The notes beneath the pieces are model-generated. The model saw nothing but the letters and a program-made list of their open reading frames with translations, was not told the DNA's origin and ran no database searches. A stretch of 64,000 nt of DNA, taken from the NCBI RefSeq assembly GCF_006345805.1, contig NC_042997.1, positions 178,932,001 to 178,996,000 of the forward strand. The letters run 5' to 3'. The stretch's first letter is position 1; every line of letters starts with the position of its first letter. Origin of the DNA: Octopus sinensis. Taxonomy: Eukaryota. Both the position numbers and the translations under genes were made by a program. Shown piece by piece: positions 12,678 to 26,162 of this stretch.

Positions 12678-12759
12678 ATATTCATATACATTATATCCCT
12701 TTACTCCTTTACCTATTACTAGTTTCAGTTATTGGACTGTGATGATGCTGAAGCAACAT

Positions 12760-13147
12760 ATATTTATGTACATTATATATATACATTATATATGTACATT
12801 ATATACATTATATATACATTATATATGTACATTATATACATTATATATGTATATCATATACATTATATATACATTATATATGTATATCATATACATTATA
12901 TATACATTATATATGTATATCATATACATTATATATACATTATATATGTATATCATATACATTATATATACATTATATATGTATATCATATACATTATAT
13001 ATACGTTATATATATATTTATATACATTATATATGTATATCATATACATTATATACATTATATATATATATATATATTATATATATATATATATATTTAT
13101 GTACATATATATATATATTTATGTACATTATTTATATATTTATGTAC

Positions 13148-13219
<72 letters not shown>

Positions 13220-13232
13220 CATTATATATATA
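12760..13232. repeat. 30-bp TA-rich minisatellite plus (TA)n
   Basis: Repeated tatatacattatatatgtatatcatatacat-type units. Confidence 0.95.
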
Positions 13233-14789
13233 CATGGAAGCAGTTTCGTTTCGTTCACAGGATTTCTCGTTTCATTGCTTTCATTATTTCATTTCTTGTT
13301 TCATTTGCGCGAATTTACGAGAAATCCCGTGAAGGAAAGGAAACTGTTTTCCAAAATGGAGGCGAATACCTTTCTCCATGTGATCGGTTTAAAAAAATTA
13401 AGACACTCGGATGTTTTCCTACTCTTCTTAACATGAAACCAATGGTAGCCTTAATTCACACATAAACTCGTAGAGTAAAACAGGAAGCAAATTAGTCCGC
13501 AGGCAAAGAATGGTTGAGAACTACTAATGAAAAACTGTAAAAGTAGAAAGCTGAATAAGCAATATTGGAACGCCTGATCCTATTGGTTTGGACAATACTA
13601 ATCTAAAAACAACAACACTTATAGAATTAGCATGGATGTAATGCAACAACAAAAACAGCACCAGCGAACAATAGCAGAACGAATTATGACAAGCACGAAA
13701 GAACTAGAGTAATTAAAGTCATTCTAATAAAATTAACGTATCTGCGTAATGCACTTTTCAATCCGTCAAGAATCAAGTGCAAAGCAAACAGAAAACAAAA
13801 TTACATCGCATACTTCCACTCAAAGATAATACACATCTCCACTGACAGAGAAATAGAAAAGGAATAGGGAGTGAGAGAGTGTGTGTGAGAAAGAGAGAGA
13901 AAAGGAAAGAAAGAAAAAGAAAAGGAGACAGCGCGAGAGCAGTACCTACAACATAAGTGTGTTTACATAAACTATATATTAGAATTGACGTGATATTGAA
14001 ATGATTAGTATGGTAGATAAATAAAAACTTAATGAAAATGGTCGAAAAACAACACACGTACACAAGTACAAACACACTTATACACTTAAGCACAGGCACT
14101 CACGCACAGTTACACACACCTACACACACAACACATACACATGCACATACACAAGTGTGTATTTTAGGTGTCTGGTGATCTACTGAACGACGTCTGCAAA
14201 AATATTTCCTAATGAATTCAAATTTCTCCCTTAGTTGAGGAAGAAAACAAAGAAAAACAGAACTATTAATAAATGTTAGTGAATCTCAAATTAAAAGTGA
14301 GATAATTTTCCCAAAATTAGAATTAATTTCACAGATAAATTTCATGCATACCTAATTTTCCGACCCTTGATAGTAATCGAGGTCAAATCTGCTGACATAG
14401 TTTGATGTTATTAGAATTCAGGAATGAAATCTACTATGCGCTTAACTTTGTTGATCACAAGGAGAAAAAGTGATGCCAAAATTTATGGACGATATCAGGT
14501 ATATTGTTTCATATCTTTTGTTAAGAACGAGGGTGTGTAAGTATGCCTATGTGCATCTGTATACAGATACATAAATACACACACACACAAACACAGATAT
14601 ATATGTACACTCGTCTATAGGCGTATGTAAGTGTAGACACACATAAATACATACATATATAATTTATTTGCCCCCCCCCAGTCCAAAATGGAGACGAACA
14701 CCAGTTTCTCCAAGTGATCGGTTTGACAAATTGTACACAAACGATGTTTATCAACCATGCAGTGTTGAGCACTTATTCTCGTTGTTCGA

Positions 14790-14793
14790 CAAT

Positions 14794-14837
<44 letters not shown>

Positions 14838-14971
14838 CATACACACATATATATATACATACATATATATATACATATATATATACATACATATATATAT
14901 ATACATACATATATATATATATACATACATAATAATATATGCATGTATACATACATATATATATACATATT

Positions 14972-15003
<32 letters not shown>

Positions 15004-15135
15004 GATATATATATATATAATATATATATATACATACATATATATATATATGTATATATACATACATATATATATATATGTATATATACATACATATATA
15101 TATATATGTATGTATGTATGTATATGTATATATAT
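14790..15135. repeat. (TA)/(TACA) compound microsatellite
   Basis: Direct reading. Confidence 0.95.
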
Positions 15136-15335
15136 AGTTAATCCAAACATGAAAACAAAGAGAAAACACAACGCGAGGACGTGGAACAAGTATAGTGTTA
15201 TTGGACGCTCAGGAAAGGAAAGAAAGGAGGAGGATTTAACGTTTCGAGCGGAGCTCTTCGTCGGAAACAAAGAAAAATGAGAGGTCCAAGGAAGAGAAGG
15301 CAGAGAAAGAACATCGTCAGCGATACACGCGCGGT
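15135..15335 (-). mobile_element. Short non-autonomous PLE pseudo-LTR-like element next to a (TA)n tract
   Basis: Hammerhead-like motif followed by ttcctgagcgtcc; same layout as 1790-1935. Confidence 0.5.
15234..15268 (-). ncRNA. Minimal type-I hammerhead-ribozyme-like motif (U4C variant)
   Basis: Minus strand GTTT-CCGACGA-A-GAGC-TCC-GCTC-GAAA-CGTT-AAAT: 4-bp stem I, 4-bp stem II, GAAA, palindromic stem III, GUU site. Confidence 0.5.
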
Positions 15336-15370
<35 letters not shown>

Positions 15371-15979
15371 TTATATAAATATATATATATATGCTTTGAC
15401 ATTGGTATACAATACATATATACATACATGTATGTGTGTGTATGTGCGCAAACACACGCTATATGCGCGCGCACACATGCAAACACACACTCTCTACAAA
15501 CTCACACTCGTGTAGCATATTCCAAATAACGAGACCTCTTATAAACCAAGTAATAGAGGCAAAATTAGTATAATTTCTTCAGAATTTTATTAACATTCCT
15601 CGACAGAACGGTAACTTTTACCAGTTACGAAGTCAAATAATATTTAGATTGTCATCAGCTATATCAGGCCATGCATTCGGTAGTATAGAAAGAAATAACG
15701 GAGGGAAACAAACATATATGAACACGTCAATTGAATCAACATACGTTATTACTGATAATAATTCATCCGCCCACACGAACATATATACAAACACACACAA
15801 ATATATAATGCTTCTACATCGATATATGTTTCATTTCTTCTTGTATAATTTTATCTATTTGCATGTTCTTCAGTTAATACTCTTCTATGCTCTATATGCA
15901 AAAACAATTATTAAACATCATACATGTAATATATTTTGCCGTATATGTGTAGTCCGTGAAGGGTATGAATCTTTCTGCT

Positions 15980-16051
15980 GTACATATATGAATATATATA
16001 TACATATACTATATATATATATATATATATACATATATATAATATATATAC

Positions 16052-16099
<48 letters not shown>

Positions 16100-16187
16100 A
16101 TACATATATACACACATATATACATATATATATATACATATATATAATATATATATATATACATATCTATATATGCATATCTATATA

Positions 16188-16241
<54 letters not shown>

Positions 16242-16410
16242 ATACATATATACACGCATATATACATATATATATATACATATATATATACATATCTATA
16301 TATACATATCTATATATGCATATCTATATAAGTACATATATATATATATATATATAATATATATATATATAATATATATATATATATGTAATTATATATA
16401 TATATAGAGA
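15980..16410. repeat. TA-rich compound microsatellite with block duplication
   Basis: Direct reading. Confidence 0.95.
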
Positions 16411-16469
16411 GACATACATATTCATAGGTATATATTCGCACATATTGAATAAATTTAGCTTCTACTTAC

Positions 16470-16502
16470 GGTTTGCAGACTGCTTCAACTTCACGCCATC
16501 AT
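16470..16502 (-). CDS. Candidate 33-nt micro-exon (unverified)
   Basis: Acceptor ttcttttcttttattattcacag, donor CC|gtaagt; only the phase-1 frame is open (xDGVKLKQSANx); symmetric. Confidence 0.3.
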
Positions 16503-16650
16503 CTGTGAATAATAAAAGAAAAGAATACTTTACTAATATGATAGCGGTCAGCAAGGGAATAGACAACATTAAACGGGTATTTTAAGCATGATAAATCTCC
16601 GTACTAAAGAAAAAAAAACAGAATTTTTGTAGAACATTATATCGAGTAGG

Positions 16651-17006
16651 GGCAGGCGTGAGAGTGTGGTAAGAAGCTTTCTTTCCAACCACATGTTTCC
16701 GGGTTCAGTTCGATTGCGTGACACCTTGGGCAAGTGTCTCCTACTATAGTGTCGGGCCGGTTGACTAAAACTGAAAAAGATGTGTGTGTTTGTGTGTTTG
16801 AGTCTGTATTTGCACCCCCCACGCCGATTGGCAACTGATGCTGGTATGTTTATGTCCCCGTAACGTAACAAAAGAAACCGATAGAATAAGTACTGGGCTT
16901 ACAAAGAATAAGACCGACCCAAATCGATTTCTTCGACTAAGACACTTTCAGGCGGTGCTCCAGCATGGCCGCAATCGAATGACTGGACTGAAACAAGTAA
17001 AAGAGA
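16651..17006 (+). mobile_element. Family B SINE
   Basis: gtgtggtaagaagc..ccgggttcag..caccttgggcaagtgtct head; tail gctccagcatggccgc..gactgaaacaagtaaaagag. Confidence 0.9.
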
Positions 17007-17519
17007 GCCTAGAACAATAGCAGTTAACCACAGAATTTCTGATTTATAAGTACCTAAACCAACAGCTAAATAAATATTTGCTTTATTTAAAAACAGACAT
17101 TTCTACACACAACCTGTATAATAGCATTTTCAATAGAAGAGCAATTAAAATCTAATTCCCAATTCTTCATTCTGTTCAAACTATAAGCTCTTCTATCCTA
17201 TCTAACGTAATTACACAAGCTATTCTTTGATAACAGCGTCAAGTCTTCGAAGTAACCCCTCGACTCTTATTTATTAAGGTTAAATATAGTTTGCTAGTCT
17301 AATGTTCAAAACTACTATTCATCGAATGTTTATCAAGGCCTTACAGCTATTCTCTTTACATTCACTATCACAAGCATATGAGTATTTTGTAGATTTCACT
17401 GGAACATCTATTACTCCACTCACTTGTATTTAACGCCTATGAAATTCTAATACACATACGCTAGCATGTAAAAGTTGTTTCAGGTTAAAGCTTATCTACC
17501 TTTGCGGTATATTGAAGTA

Positions 17520-17830
17520 ATTTCCTTGAGAGATTTATAATTGAATAGACCTTACGAAGTTAATGCGATCAAGCGGACGTTTCTTAACGGAGTTTTCATG
17601 ACATCAGGTGAGGGTGAGCACAAGAACATTACCGAATAGGACGCCGCTGAAAGGCAGCTTTAAGGCATTTCTTCTATAACCATAACAGACGTACTAAGAG
17701 AAACAAAGAAATCTCTTCGATATCTCTACAAACAATTAGGCGCTTTAATCTTTAAGGTGGAAGAATAAGTTTGTCTAGAATCTCGATAAATGCCTAAGTG
17801 ACAATCCGCATAAGGTTGGGTTTCTGGAAA
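17520..17830 (+). mobile_element. Possible decayed CR1/L2-type LINE 3' end
   Basis: Fragments reading LFDI..N and FK.E..K..L resemble LINE RT C-terminal LFN.LP..IR / FK..LD motifs; many disablements. Confidence 0.25.
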
Positions 17831-18059
17831 ACAGAAATCAACCAGGTACATTACAAATACAATCTTTATGTGGAAGAGTAAAAATATGCAAGACTTTTCT
17901 CAAGTTGAAGACATGAATTTGTTCTTGTTATTTACATTCCAACGCCGAAATCATATATGTATGTAGGTATGTGTGTGCGTGTATGTGTTTGTGGATGTAT
18001 GTATGTATGTATGTATGTTGTATGTATGTATGTATGTGTGCGCGTGTTTCGTTAGGTAC

Positions 18060-18104
<45 letters not shown>

Positions 18105-18719
18105 GATATGCACGCACGCACATATTTCGTGGTAACCGAACCGAGGACCATAGTTAGCTAGCGGACACATTTGAGCGGCTGTCAAAATGCTATACATTTA
18201 ATTACGTCCCTTTAACTTATATTCTACACAAATGGATATAATACAATATCAGTGAGGTATGACACGTGCAAACTCATGGCCAATGCCTTCCACAGGATTT
18301 ATGGCCGTAAGCTTGTGATAAATATCAATACAAAGGAAAAAAATACGTACATTGCCTGATAAACAGATGGAGTCAGAGACGGAAGAGAGATATAGACCAA
18401 GAGAGAGAGAGAGTGAACGAGTGAGTAATAGAAGAACATATAGAAGTTAGTAAAAGGATAAAGAATGATATCTCTAGAGTGCGGAGGAGATATAGAGATA
18501 GAGATATGTACGAGCAGATGCATATTCGGGTACAGAAAGTAAAATATAATTTGAAGAAACATATATTAAAAATGTATGTAATAATTCATTCTTTGAAACA
18601 AAATTTACCCAATATTTACATGATATTATTTATAGCTATATATGCTTTTGGATCATCTGTGTGTGTATGTGCGTATGTGTATATGTGTGTATGTGTGTGT
18701 GTGTATTTATGCAAGCTCA

Positions 18720-18900
18720 TGGCCTAGCTGCAAGGGTGTTGCACTCATGATCTAGCGTTCGTAGGTTCGATAACCGGACAGAGCGGCGCGATGTGTTTCT
18801 GAGCAAAACATTTCTTATCACATTACTCTGCCCACTCATCGATAAATGTGTAACCCTCGACAGTATAGATTCCTGATCGAGGAGGATGATGTTACCAGCT
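18720..18900 (+). mobile_element. Diverged family C SINE
   Basis: ggttcgataaccgg..gtgtttctgagcaaaacatt..cactcatcgataaatg. Confidence 0.65.
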
Positions 18901-18921
18901 CGCCTACATACATACATATAC

Positions 18922-19450
18922 ACTCTTTTACTCTTTTACTTGTTTCAGTCATTTGACTGCGGCCATGCTGGATCACCGCCTTTAGTCGAGCAACTCGACC
19001 CCGGGACTTATTCTTTTTGTAAGCCCAGTACTTATTCTATCGGTCTCTTTTTGCCGAACCGCTAAGTGACGGGGACGTAAACACACCAGCATCGGTTGTC
19101 GAGCAATGCTAGGGGAACAAACAGACACACAAATACACACACACACATATATATATACATATATACGACAGGCTTCTTTCAGTTTCCATCTACCAAATCC
19201 ACTCACAAGGCATTGGTCGGTCCAGGGATATAGCAGAAGACACTTGCCCAAGATGCCACGCAGTGGGACTGAACCCGGAACCATGTGGTTGGTTAGCAAG
19301 CTACTTACCACACAGCCACTCCTGACGTATATATATTTGACTGGGGCCATGCTGGAGCATTGCCTTTTAGCCGAAGAAATTGACCCTTAGACTTATTCTT
19401 TGTAAGCCTGGTACTTATTCTGTCCGTCTCTTTTGCCGAACCGCTAAGCT
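18922..19450 (-). mobile_element. Family B SINE (18922-19325) plus adjacent 3' fragment (19335-19450)
   Basis: Near-consensus copy with internal (CA)(TA) tract; second partial tail immediately after. Confidence 0.95.
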
Positions 19451-20384
19451 ATATATTGGTGATAAGTAAAGGATTTCTCCAAACCTTTACCTGTGCAGTA
19501 GAAACATATGTGGGTCTATTTAAAGTTGTATAAAAAAAGGAATTAAAGGTTATACTAATGCTACTTCGTAATAATCCTTAATTATATATATATGTGTGTG
19601 TGTATGTGTATATATGTATCTTTGAGAGAGAGAAAGAGCTTTGTAAAAATTACATGATATAGTTTCGATAATTAGAAAAAAGATCTTAAAAAAAGTTATT
19701 ACTATTTGAAAAAGTATAACAGAACAGCACTAATCCTTGTCGAAATAGTTTGTGTATAGTGTGTATTTTATTTCTCGTGTGCATTTTGTGTGTAAGCATT
19801 GTTGTTGTTCAGCTTCTCAAACACACTTTCCGAGCTAATTGCACATAGAGAAAGTTGTTGTTTTTTGTTTTTGTAACGGTGTTAACTACTTCCGGTTTAG
19901 TTCTGAATTAGAATCCTTATAAAGTTACAAGCAGTGACTTGTCGAAAATGTAAAAACGCTGGACGGGATGCTCTGTAGTATTTGCTAAGGTTCTTTACAT
20001 TTTGCGTTCAAATCCAGCCATGGTTTACATGCATGTTAGACTTACTTCATCACCCGGTTTAATACCACTACCTGGTAGAAATAAAAACGTTCCTTCAAAA
20101 GCAGAAATACACTTAAGGGTATATAAATCATGAAATAATCAAAGCATAGTCGTGCTAAGGTTATGACATAAATATAAATATCATTTGTAGTCATGAATAT
20201 TCCATTTGTGGTCAGCCATACTGTGTAAGTGTGCTTGTGTTATGTGAGTACAAAAGAAGTTAAAATGAGTTAGAAGGAATAGAGTTCCAAAGAATAAGGA
20301 AAATATATTTAAAGAATAGTCGGAGTTTTCTTACATGCATCGTATTGAAGATGTTTAGTCAGTTTATACACCTGCACAAACAAA

Positions 20385-20616
20385 AGGCGGCGAGCTGGCA
20401 GAAACGTTAGAGCGGCGGGAGAAATGCCTAGCTGTATCTCGTCTGTCGTTACGTTCTGAGTTCAAATTCCGCCGAGGTCGACTTTGCCTTTCATCCTTTC
20501 GGGGTCGATAAATAAAGTACCAGTTTCGCACTGAGGTCGATGTAATGGACTTAATCCCTTTGTCTGTCCTTGTTTGTCCCCTCTATGTTTAGCCCCTTGT
20601 GGGCAGTAAAGAAATA
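20385..20616 (+). mobile_element. Family A SINE
   Basis: Near-consensus head, body and tail ending gtaaagaaata. Confidence 0.95.
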
Positions 20617-20666
20617 TATACACAAGCAATAGGGCCTAGACAAACAAAGATTGAAATATAGAGACG

Positions 20667-20707
<41 letters not shown>

Positions 20708-21339
20708 AAAGAGAGAGGGTAGAAATAGAGGGAGGGAAGGGAATGGAGAGGGAAAGGGAGAGATATAGGGAAAAACAAAGGCATATAGAGCGGCAGAAGT
20801 GGAGAAATGGAGAAGGAGAAATGGAGATTAGGTGTGTTGGTTGGGAGACTACTCGCGTACACATAAACATTCGTACAACGTCACAAATACTGACACATGC
20901 AAACACAGACGCATATATATATTTACATACACATACTGTTCGTATATTTCGAGGTTTATAGATAGTTACATTTAAAAAAAAATTGTTTAAGTAGATGGAA
21001 TTGTAATTCTGGTAATTGACGGCATTATGAAGATGAGACGGTTTCATTTTAATGGTACAGGAGTGTTGTACTCTCTGAAATTACAACAATCCTTAAAAAC
21101 ACATTAAATGTATGTAATGTATTTCTGAAGAAACTTAACTTTATAGTTTAAAATGAAGGAAGACATGGGAATATTAAAGTGGAATTCCTTAAAAGGAAAA
21201 ACGAAAAGAAAATATTTGTCTGACCTTCTCGAAATAGCAGTTAATTCCTCCTCAAATCACACCTTTGCCAACTAAATTAGAACCTTAAAGAGGACTAAGG
21301 ACAAAGTCAAATTGAATTAGGTGGTACTGAATGCACACT

Positions 21340-21720
21340 CTCTTACTTGTTTCAGTCATTTGACTGTGGCCATGCTGGAGCATCGTCTTTAGTCGAGCAA
21401 ATCGACCCCAGGACTTATTCTTTGTAAGCCTAGTACCTATTCTATCGGTCTCTTTTCCCGAACCGCTAAGTTACGGGGATGTAAACACACCAGCATCCGT
21501 TGTCATGCGTTGTTGTGGGGACAAACACATACATATATATACATATATATATATATACGAGGGGCTTCTTTCAGTTTCCGTCAACCAAATCCACTCGCAA
21601 GGCCTTGGTCGGCCCGAGGCTATAGCAGAAGACACTTGCCCAAGGTGCCACGCAGTGGGACTGAACCCGGAGCCATGCGGTTGGTAAGCAAGCTACTTAC
21701 CAAACGGCCACTCCTACGTA
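21340..21720 (-). mobile_element. Family B SINE
   Basis: Near-consensus copy with internal TA tract. Confidence 0.95.
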
Positions 21721-22248
21721 CTGTTTAAATAAAAAAAATGTGACGGTCGTGGCTGGAACGGAGTACTTTGATCATAATTGATCGACTTCTTTGAGAAATG
21801 ACCTAGGGTTAAACAGCAATAACAGCAAAGCCAGCATCATCTGCAACAGCATAAGTAGCACGAAAAGAAATAGCTTAGACCTCATGACACCCTAGTTATT
21901 TTACTTTAAAACAATATAAAGACACCCACTGAGAATTGTTACTCTTATATTTGCCACTGTGAATAAGATGATCGATTTTCAAACATTTTTTCATTACTTC
22001 AACTATTGAACCTAATGAAAACTCCAGACTGAGTGAGTTTCGTTGAAACTTCCCTTGCATTGAACGCTAGTTAATCACACGTAATTTTCAAAGACAAATT
22101 TTTCAACCAATTCTTGATTTGAAATAGAATGAGAGGGAAAAAAAATAAGTGTCTTCTCTAGAGACACAACAAGAACGTTTGGTATGAATTCACAAAGCAT
22201 TTCTCTCTTTATTGGCAGATACTTTTTTCACATGGCCAGTTCACCTCA

Positions 22249-22268
22249 ATAAAGCTAGTCTCGAAATG

Positions 22269-22312
<44 letters not shown>

Positions 22313-22373
22313 CACATTTCGAGACTAGCTTTATATATATATATATATACATACACGTTTCGAGACTAGCCTT
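22249..22373. repeat. (TA)n-centred palindrome plus extra copy of the right arm
   Basis: aaagctagtctcgaaatgt-(TA)n-acatttcgagactagcttt, then cgtttcgagactagcctt again. Confidence 0.9.
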
Positions 22374-22819
22374 ATATATACATACATAAACACATACATA
22401 CATAGATATGTATATATCGAAGTAGTGTCAATGACCAGAATCTACACACTGCGGTACGATGAAAGAATGATACTTAATAATGCATAATACAATACTAGAC
22501 TGGCTATAATGGTTTTCAATGTATCTGTTTTAATAAGTATAATGACTGTCTAATGATGAAGTTATTTAATATATATTATTCACCAAATGGAAGCTGCGTC
22601 AGTTTCGTAGGCGATTATTTGAGGTGATCGATTATTTTGAGTAACTCCTCGGGTGCATTTTCAGTAGACAAATGCACCTTTAACTTAATTTTCACATAAT
22701 TGCCAATATGATAGATTATATGACAACGCTGGCTTTGTGATTTGCAGGTACAATCTATCCGATGTGCTCCAGCGCAGTAAAACGTTATATATAATAAGTA
22801 CAGGCATTGTAAAACGTCA

Positions 22820-23560
22820 TATGTAACAGGCACAGGCATAACTGTGTGGTAAGCAAGTTGCTTCCGAACCGCATGGCTCTGAGTTCAATTCCATTACCTG
22901 GCAACTTGGGGAAGAGTCTTCCGCACAGCCTCATCTTTTTGTTTTTTCATCACCTCTAATATATGGTTTTAGCTTAAGGCGCTGAGCTGGTGGAATTGTT
23001 AAAACGCTGGGCAAAATGCTTAAAGCTGTCTCACCTGTCTTCGTGTTCTGAGTTTAAATTCCGTCCAGGTGGACTTAGTATTTTATTCTTTCAGGGTCGA
23101 TAAAATCAGTAAACTGCGATCGTAACAATCGATTTAAGTACGCCCCTAAAACTGCTGGCCTTGTGCTAAAATTTTTAACCAATAATAGATTTTAGCTTCA
23201 CAGGGGTCGACTTTGCCTTTCATCCTTTAGGGGTCGATAAAACAAATATCAGTTGAGCACAGGGGTCGATGTGATCGATTTACCTTCTGCCCCGAAATCG
23301 CTTGCTTTGCGCCAAAACTTGAAATAAATATTGATTTTATCTTAAGGAGATCAGCTGGCAGAATCGTTAAAAAGCTGGGTAAAATATTTTGTGGCATTTT
23401 GTCTATCTTTGCGTTTGCTGCTTAAATTTCTCAGAGGATGGATTTGTCTTTCATCCTGTCTGAGTCGATAAAATAAGTACCAGTTGAGTCCTGGAGTAAA
23501 CGTCATCGTTTTACACCTTTCCCACAACTTGATGGCCTTGTGCCAAAATTGAAACCAATT
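22820..23560 (+). mobile_element. Cluster of old SINEs: family B head (22820-22935) and three diverged family A units
   Basis: Repeated gagctgg..gaat.gtta heads and ttcatc.tt.(a/g)gggtcgataaa bodies. Confidence 0.8.
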
Positions 23561-24271
23561 TTTAGCTTTTAATTGTCCATCTACTAAATAAGCTGATGCT
23601 CACTAATATAATGTACGACTGTGGAAATCCATAGGGGATTACTTCAAATAATTACATCATAGTAAGTTAAATATTTACTGTGATTCTTACAATTGCACAC
23701 ATACACACGTACAACACACAATTTCTGTCACAAATATAATTTTATTAGATTGTATGTCCTAAGAACAATTATCTGTTAGTGTGTCCGCTATAGACACACA
23801 TTTACATCAGTGATTAACTGTCACTTATTGACATAGTGGTTCGTGACCAAGCATAGATCTATTAAGAGTTTCCTGCAGACTCATTAGATTCTCACATAGA
23901 ATTGTTTGTGTTATTTGATCAGATTTTCTGTGCTTTGAGTTCAAATCCCGTCGACGTCAACTTTTCTTTTCTTCATTTTTGTGTCAATAAAAATTGTTAT
24001 TCCAAGGATGTGACTTGTCGAAAATGTAAGAACGCTGGACCAAATGCTCTGTAGTATTTGTTACTGTTCTTTACATTTTGCGTTCAAATCCAGCCATGGT
24101 TTACATGGATGTTAGGCTTACTTTATCACCCAGGTTTAATAGCACCACCTGGTGTCTCAGGTGCTTCTAGTGGATCTGATTTCTACTCGGAGAATGACTT
24201 CCCCACTCCTATCTCCAGTCTTGGAGGCCCTGTAGCTGACCCTGGGTACTGACTTACCCAACCAAAAGATA

Positions 24272-24311
<40 letters not shown>

Positions 24312-24639
24312 TAGATATCGCTCAAATCTGCATTTTGGAAGTTTTATCAAATTGTTAAACGACTCAATGGCGTAATATTTATGCAGTCACTCGGTCTGTT
24401 AGAATCTTCCAAATTATAACAATAACTAAAAAGATAAAGAAATCATTGGACAACACAATCTGGGACAAACAAACATGCTTGATAGTTACGGTGAAAGGCC
24501 TTTGATCATAGATCGAATCTTTCAAAGCTTATATGGATGTTAAGCTCAAAATAATGTAACTGTGGCCATATAAATCTTTCTTAAATAATCATATATATGT
24601 TAGTGCTGATTATAATTATTTTATGAATACATGTTATTA

Positions 24640-25118
24640 CATGGAAAAATACGAACATGAAAAGTCATATTCTTAAGATTATAAACGTGGAAAAGTACAG
24701 GACAAGTTATTACACCTGTAAAAGTATAGGACAAGCTATTACATCTTGTAAGGTAAAGAAAAATACACTTTTTTAAAAATTTATCACTCAACAGTTCTCA
24801 TCTTTGAAATATATTGTACAAAACTGTTCAGCTAATTTGTAAGTTTGTCTAATTAGTCATTTTTTTCTGTATTTAAGGTAGTCAATTAGCCGAATTCTAC
24901 TTAAATAATTATAGTGTTATTTGTAAACTATAATAAGATAAGTTTCAATATTCAAATGTTAATTAAAGTTGCAATATTTTGAGAAAAATGTTTCTAATTC
25001 TTTACTTTACTAGAGGTAATAGCTTGTTCTATACTTTTACATGTGTAATAACTCGTCCTGTACTTTTCCAGGTTTATAATCTTAACAATATGACTTTTCA
25101 TGCTCGCATTTTTCCATG
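24640..25118. mobile_element. Fold-back / MITE-like element with about 121-bp inverted arms
   Basis: 24640-24760 is the reverse complement of 24998-25118 with about 10 mismatches by hand count; arms contain a 29-bp internal tandem repeat. Confidence 0.85.
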
Positions 25119-26039
25119 AAATCCATGACTTTTCCAGACATTGCTGTTATAAGATAATTAATAATGTGTCAATTAATAATTTTAAATGTTACCTTATAAA
25201 ATACTGAAAGATAATATTTCAAGTTTTGCATGTTAGTGATGATATTTCAATTATTTTCGTGTTTAATTTAAATATATTTTGTGATTGAATTATTTGACAT
25301 TACCCATCCACACCAAATTAATGGCAGGGGTTTTTACATTATTGTTAGTTGCACCATGGTTCACCAAAAGTTACAAACAAGAAAACCCCAAAACCATCAG
25401 TTATCAATATTAGGAGGTCACAGGAATTCATTCAACGAAAAAATTGCAATGATTCCAGGATTGGGAGGGAACCCCACCCCACCTCATTTTTCAGAACCAG
25501 AATGAGGGATTTGCAGTACATTAGGAAGTCAGGGTACTTGATTCCACGCAAAAAATCAATTTTTTTTTCCTAGTGAAAATCGTGTTAATATAGAAATTGA
25601 CCATAACGTTGTTATTTAGCCTCAAATAAACCCTGATACTGCAAACGTATCATCAGAGATATTCCAGCCTTCAGCAAACAGTTTTTTAGGGATAATCTAG
25701 GACATTACATACAATGGGCGTTTGATTTAGGTAGCGGGATACTTTGGCTGCTCTTTTAAGCGTGTCGAGCGACCAGATAGAAGCTCTTTCATTGGTTCGA
25801 TTGCGTGATGAGATTTTTTACACATATATGTAATATGTATATATATCATCGGCAGAAGTTAGAGAGTAAGTCAAAAGATGAGAGTTTCGTGTATTGGTAC
25901 TTATCAAAGACAAATTTGTCCATTGTCAGTGTGTAACTTCTGACGAAATAACTTCTAAGCTACAAAATTTTGTCAAAAACGTTAAGAGTAAACCCTGTTC
26001 TATGTGACACATTCTACCAGTATCGCAAGTTTGAAAGTG

Positions 26040-26162
26040 TTTAGTTAAATAATTAAATAATCTGCACGTCAAAGTCGACTTCGACGAAATTTGAACTAAG
26101 AAACGTTAAGACAGACGAAATAATGTTAAGCATTTCCCCCGGCGCACCAGTGCGCCGCCTTA
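26040..26162 (-). mobile_element. Family A SINE head fragment
   Basis: aaagtcgacttcgacgaaatttgaact..gacagacgaaata..gcatttccccc. Confidence 0.75.

Noticed and set aside
12732-16293. Long ORFs rich in Y/I/H/M/C (and similar ORFs elsewhere, including poly-T/V/I/L/N)
   Set aside because: Translations of TA/CA/AAT/ACC microsatellites.
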